Source: an archaeon
GTDB lineage: Archaea; Iainarchaeota; Iainarchaeia; Iainarchaeales; Iainarchaeaceae
Direction: 5' to 3'
NCBI GenBank assembly: GCA_035289485.1
Contig: DATDXA010000013.1
Span: 1-26,144 of the forward strand
Length of the DNA: 26,144 nucleotides
Each line of letters starts with the position of its first letter. Within the stretch, counting starts at the first letter, position 1. Positions 25,739 to 26,144 of the stretch are shown here, piece after piece. The position numbers were made by a program, and so were the translations under genes. The notes beneath the pieces are model-generated. The model did not search any database. It was not told the DNA's origin and saw nothing but the letters and a program-made list of their open reading frames with translations.

Positions 25739-25783
25739 AAGGACCTGGGCTTCAAAGCCCTGGTTCCTTACCTTTCTTTTTTT
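25739..25783 (+). terminator. Hairpin plus oligo-T terminator
   Basis: AAGGACCTGGGCT-TCAA-AGCCCTGGTTCCTT followed by T-runs. Confidence 0.65.
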
Positions 25784-25883
25784 CAAAACATTCTCTTTTT
25801 CATCCAAATTCCTTTTTTCATTTAGCGCAAAGGCTCCCATATTAGTTACATTATTATATTCAGGGGCGCTTTCTATGCTCCGT

Positions 25884-26144
25884 ATGCCAAAGCTTGAATT
25901 AAGTTCATTTGTCGGGCAGCCTTGCAAATCAAGGATTGCATTCGAGTTTGTGCCCAAAAAAGACCACAACCTCGCGCTCGAAGAAGTAGCTTCCGTGCTG
26001 CGCAAAAATGAGGTTTTTGTCGAAATCGAAACCCCATACCTTCTGATGCTCAAAATCGGCGGGAAAGATGTTTCGCTTTTCAAGAGCGGGAAGATTATTG
26101 TAAAATCCACAAATCAGCAGTGGGTTGCAAAAGGGATTGCGGAG
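25884..26144 (+). CDS. Hypothetical protein with a TBP-like fold motif (truncated by window edge)
   Basis: Manual translation: MPKLELSSFVGQPCKSRIAFEFVPKKDHNLALEEVASVLRKNEVFVEIETPYLLMLKIGGKDVSLFKSGKIIVKSTNQQWVAKGIAE; open to the window end; alternative ATG at 25875. Confidence 0.7.
   Translation, partial: MPKLELSSFVGQPCKSRIAFEFVPKKDHNLALEEVASVLRKNEVFVEIETPYLLMLKIGGKDVSLFKSGKIIVKSTNQQWVAKGIAE

Noticed and set aside
25703..26110. 135-aa minus-strand ORF
   Set aside because: Runs through a terminator and is antisense to a more protein-like plus-strand ORF starting at 25884.

Overview
Archaeal chromosomal segment, most likely a DPANN archaeon; Diapherotrites/Iainarchaeota is my best guess, inferred from gene content and style and not tested. 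Housekeeping genes: pyrB-pyrI-pyrD (pyrD cut by the window edge), prs, the ftsZ-secE-spt5-rpl11 / rpl1-rpl10-rpl12 cluster, rpl44e, tRNA-Ser(CGA) and an smc gene. Interspersed are three type II toxin-antitoxin pairs (two RHH/RelE, one AbrB/VapC that splits the rpl11-rpl1 cluster), an exported membrane-anchored Lon-like S16 protease, an AAA_14/DUF4143-type ATPase with a doubled palindromic operator, several membrane proteins and several basic orphans. Most notable: the Smc has canonical condensin-Smc head motifs but no recognisable hinge domain, and carries a Rad50-type CPVC zinc hook at the apex of its coiled coil. Two intergenic hairpin-rich elements (pyrI-pyrD gap and ~21.9 kb) share a small branched palindromic core, and one resembles an orphan IS200/IS605 end. 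All family assignments come from motif recognition by eye, not database searches.
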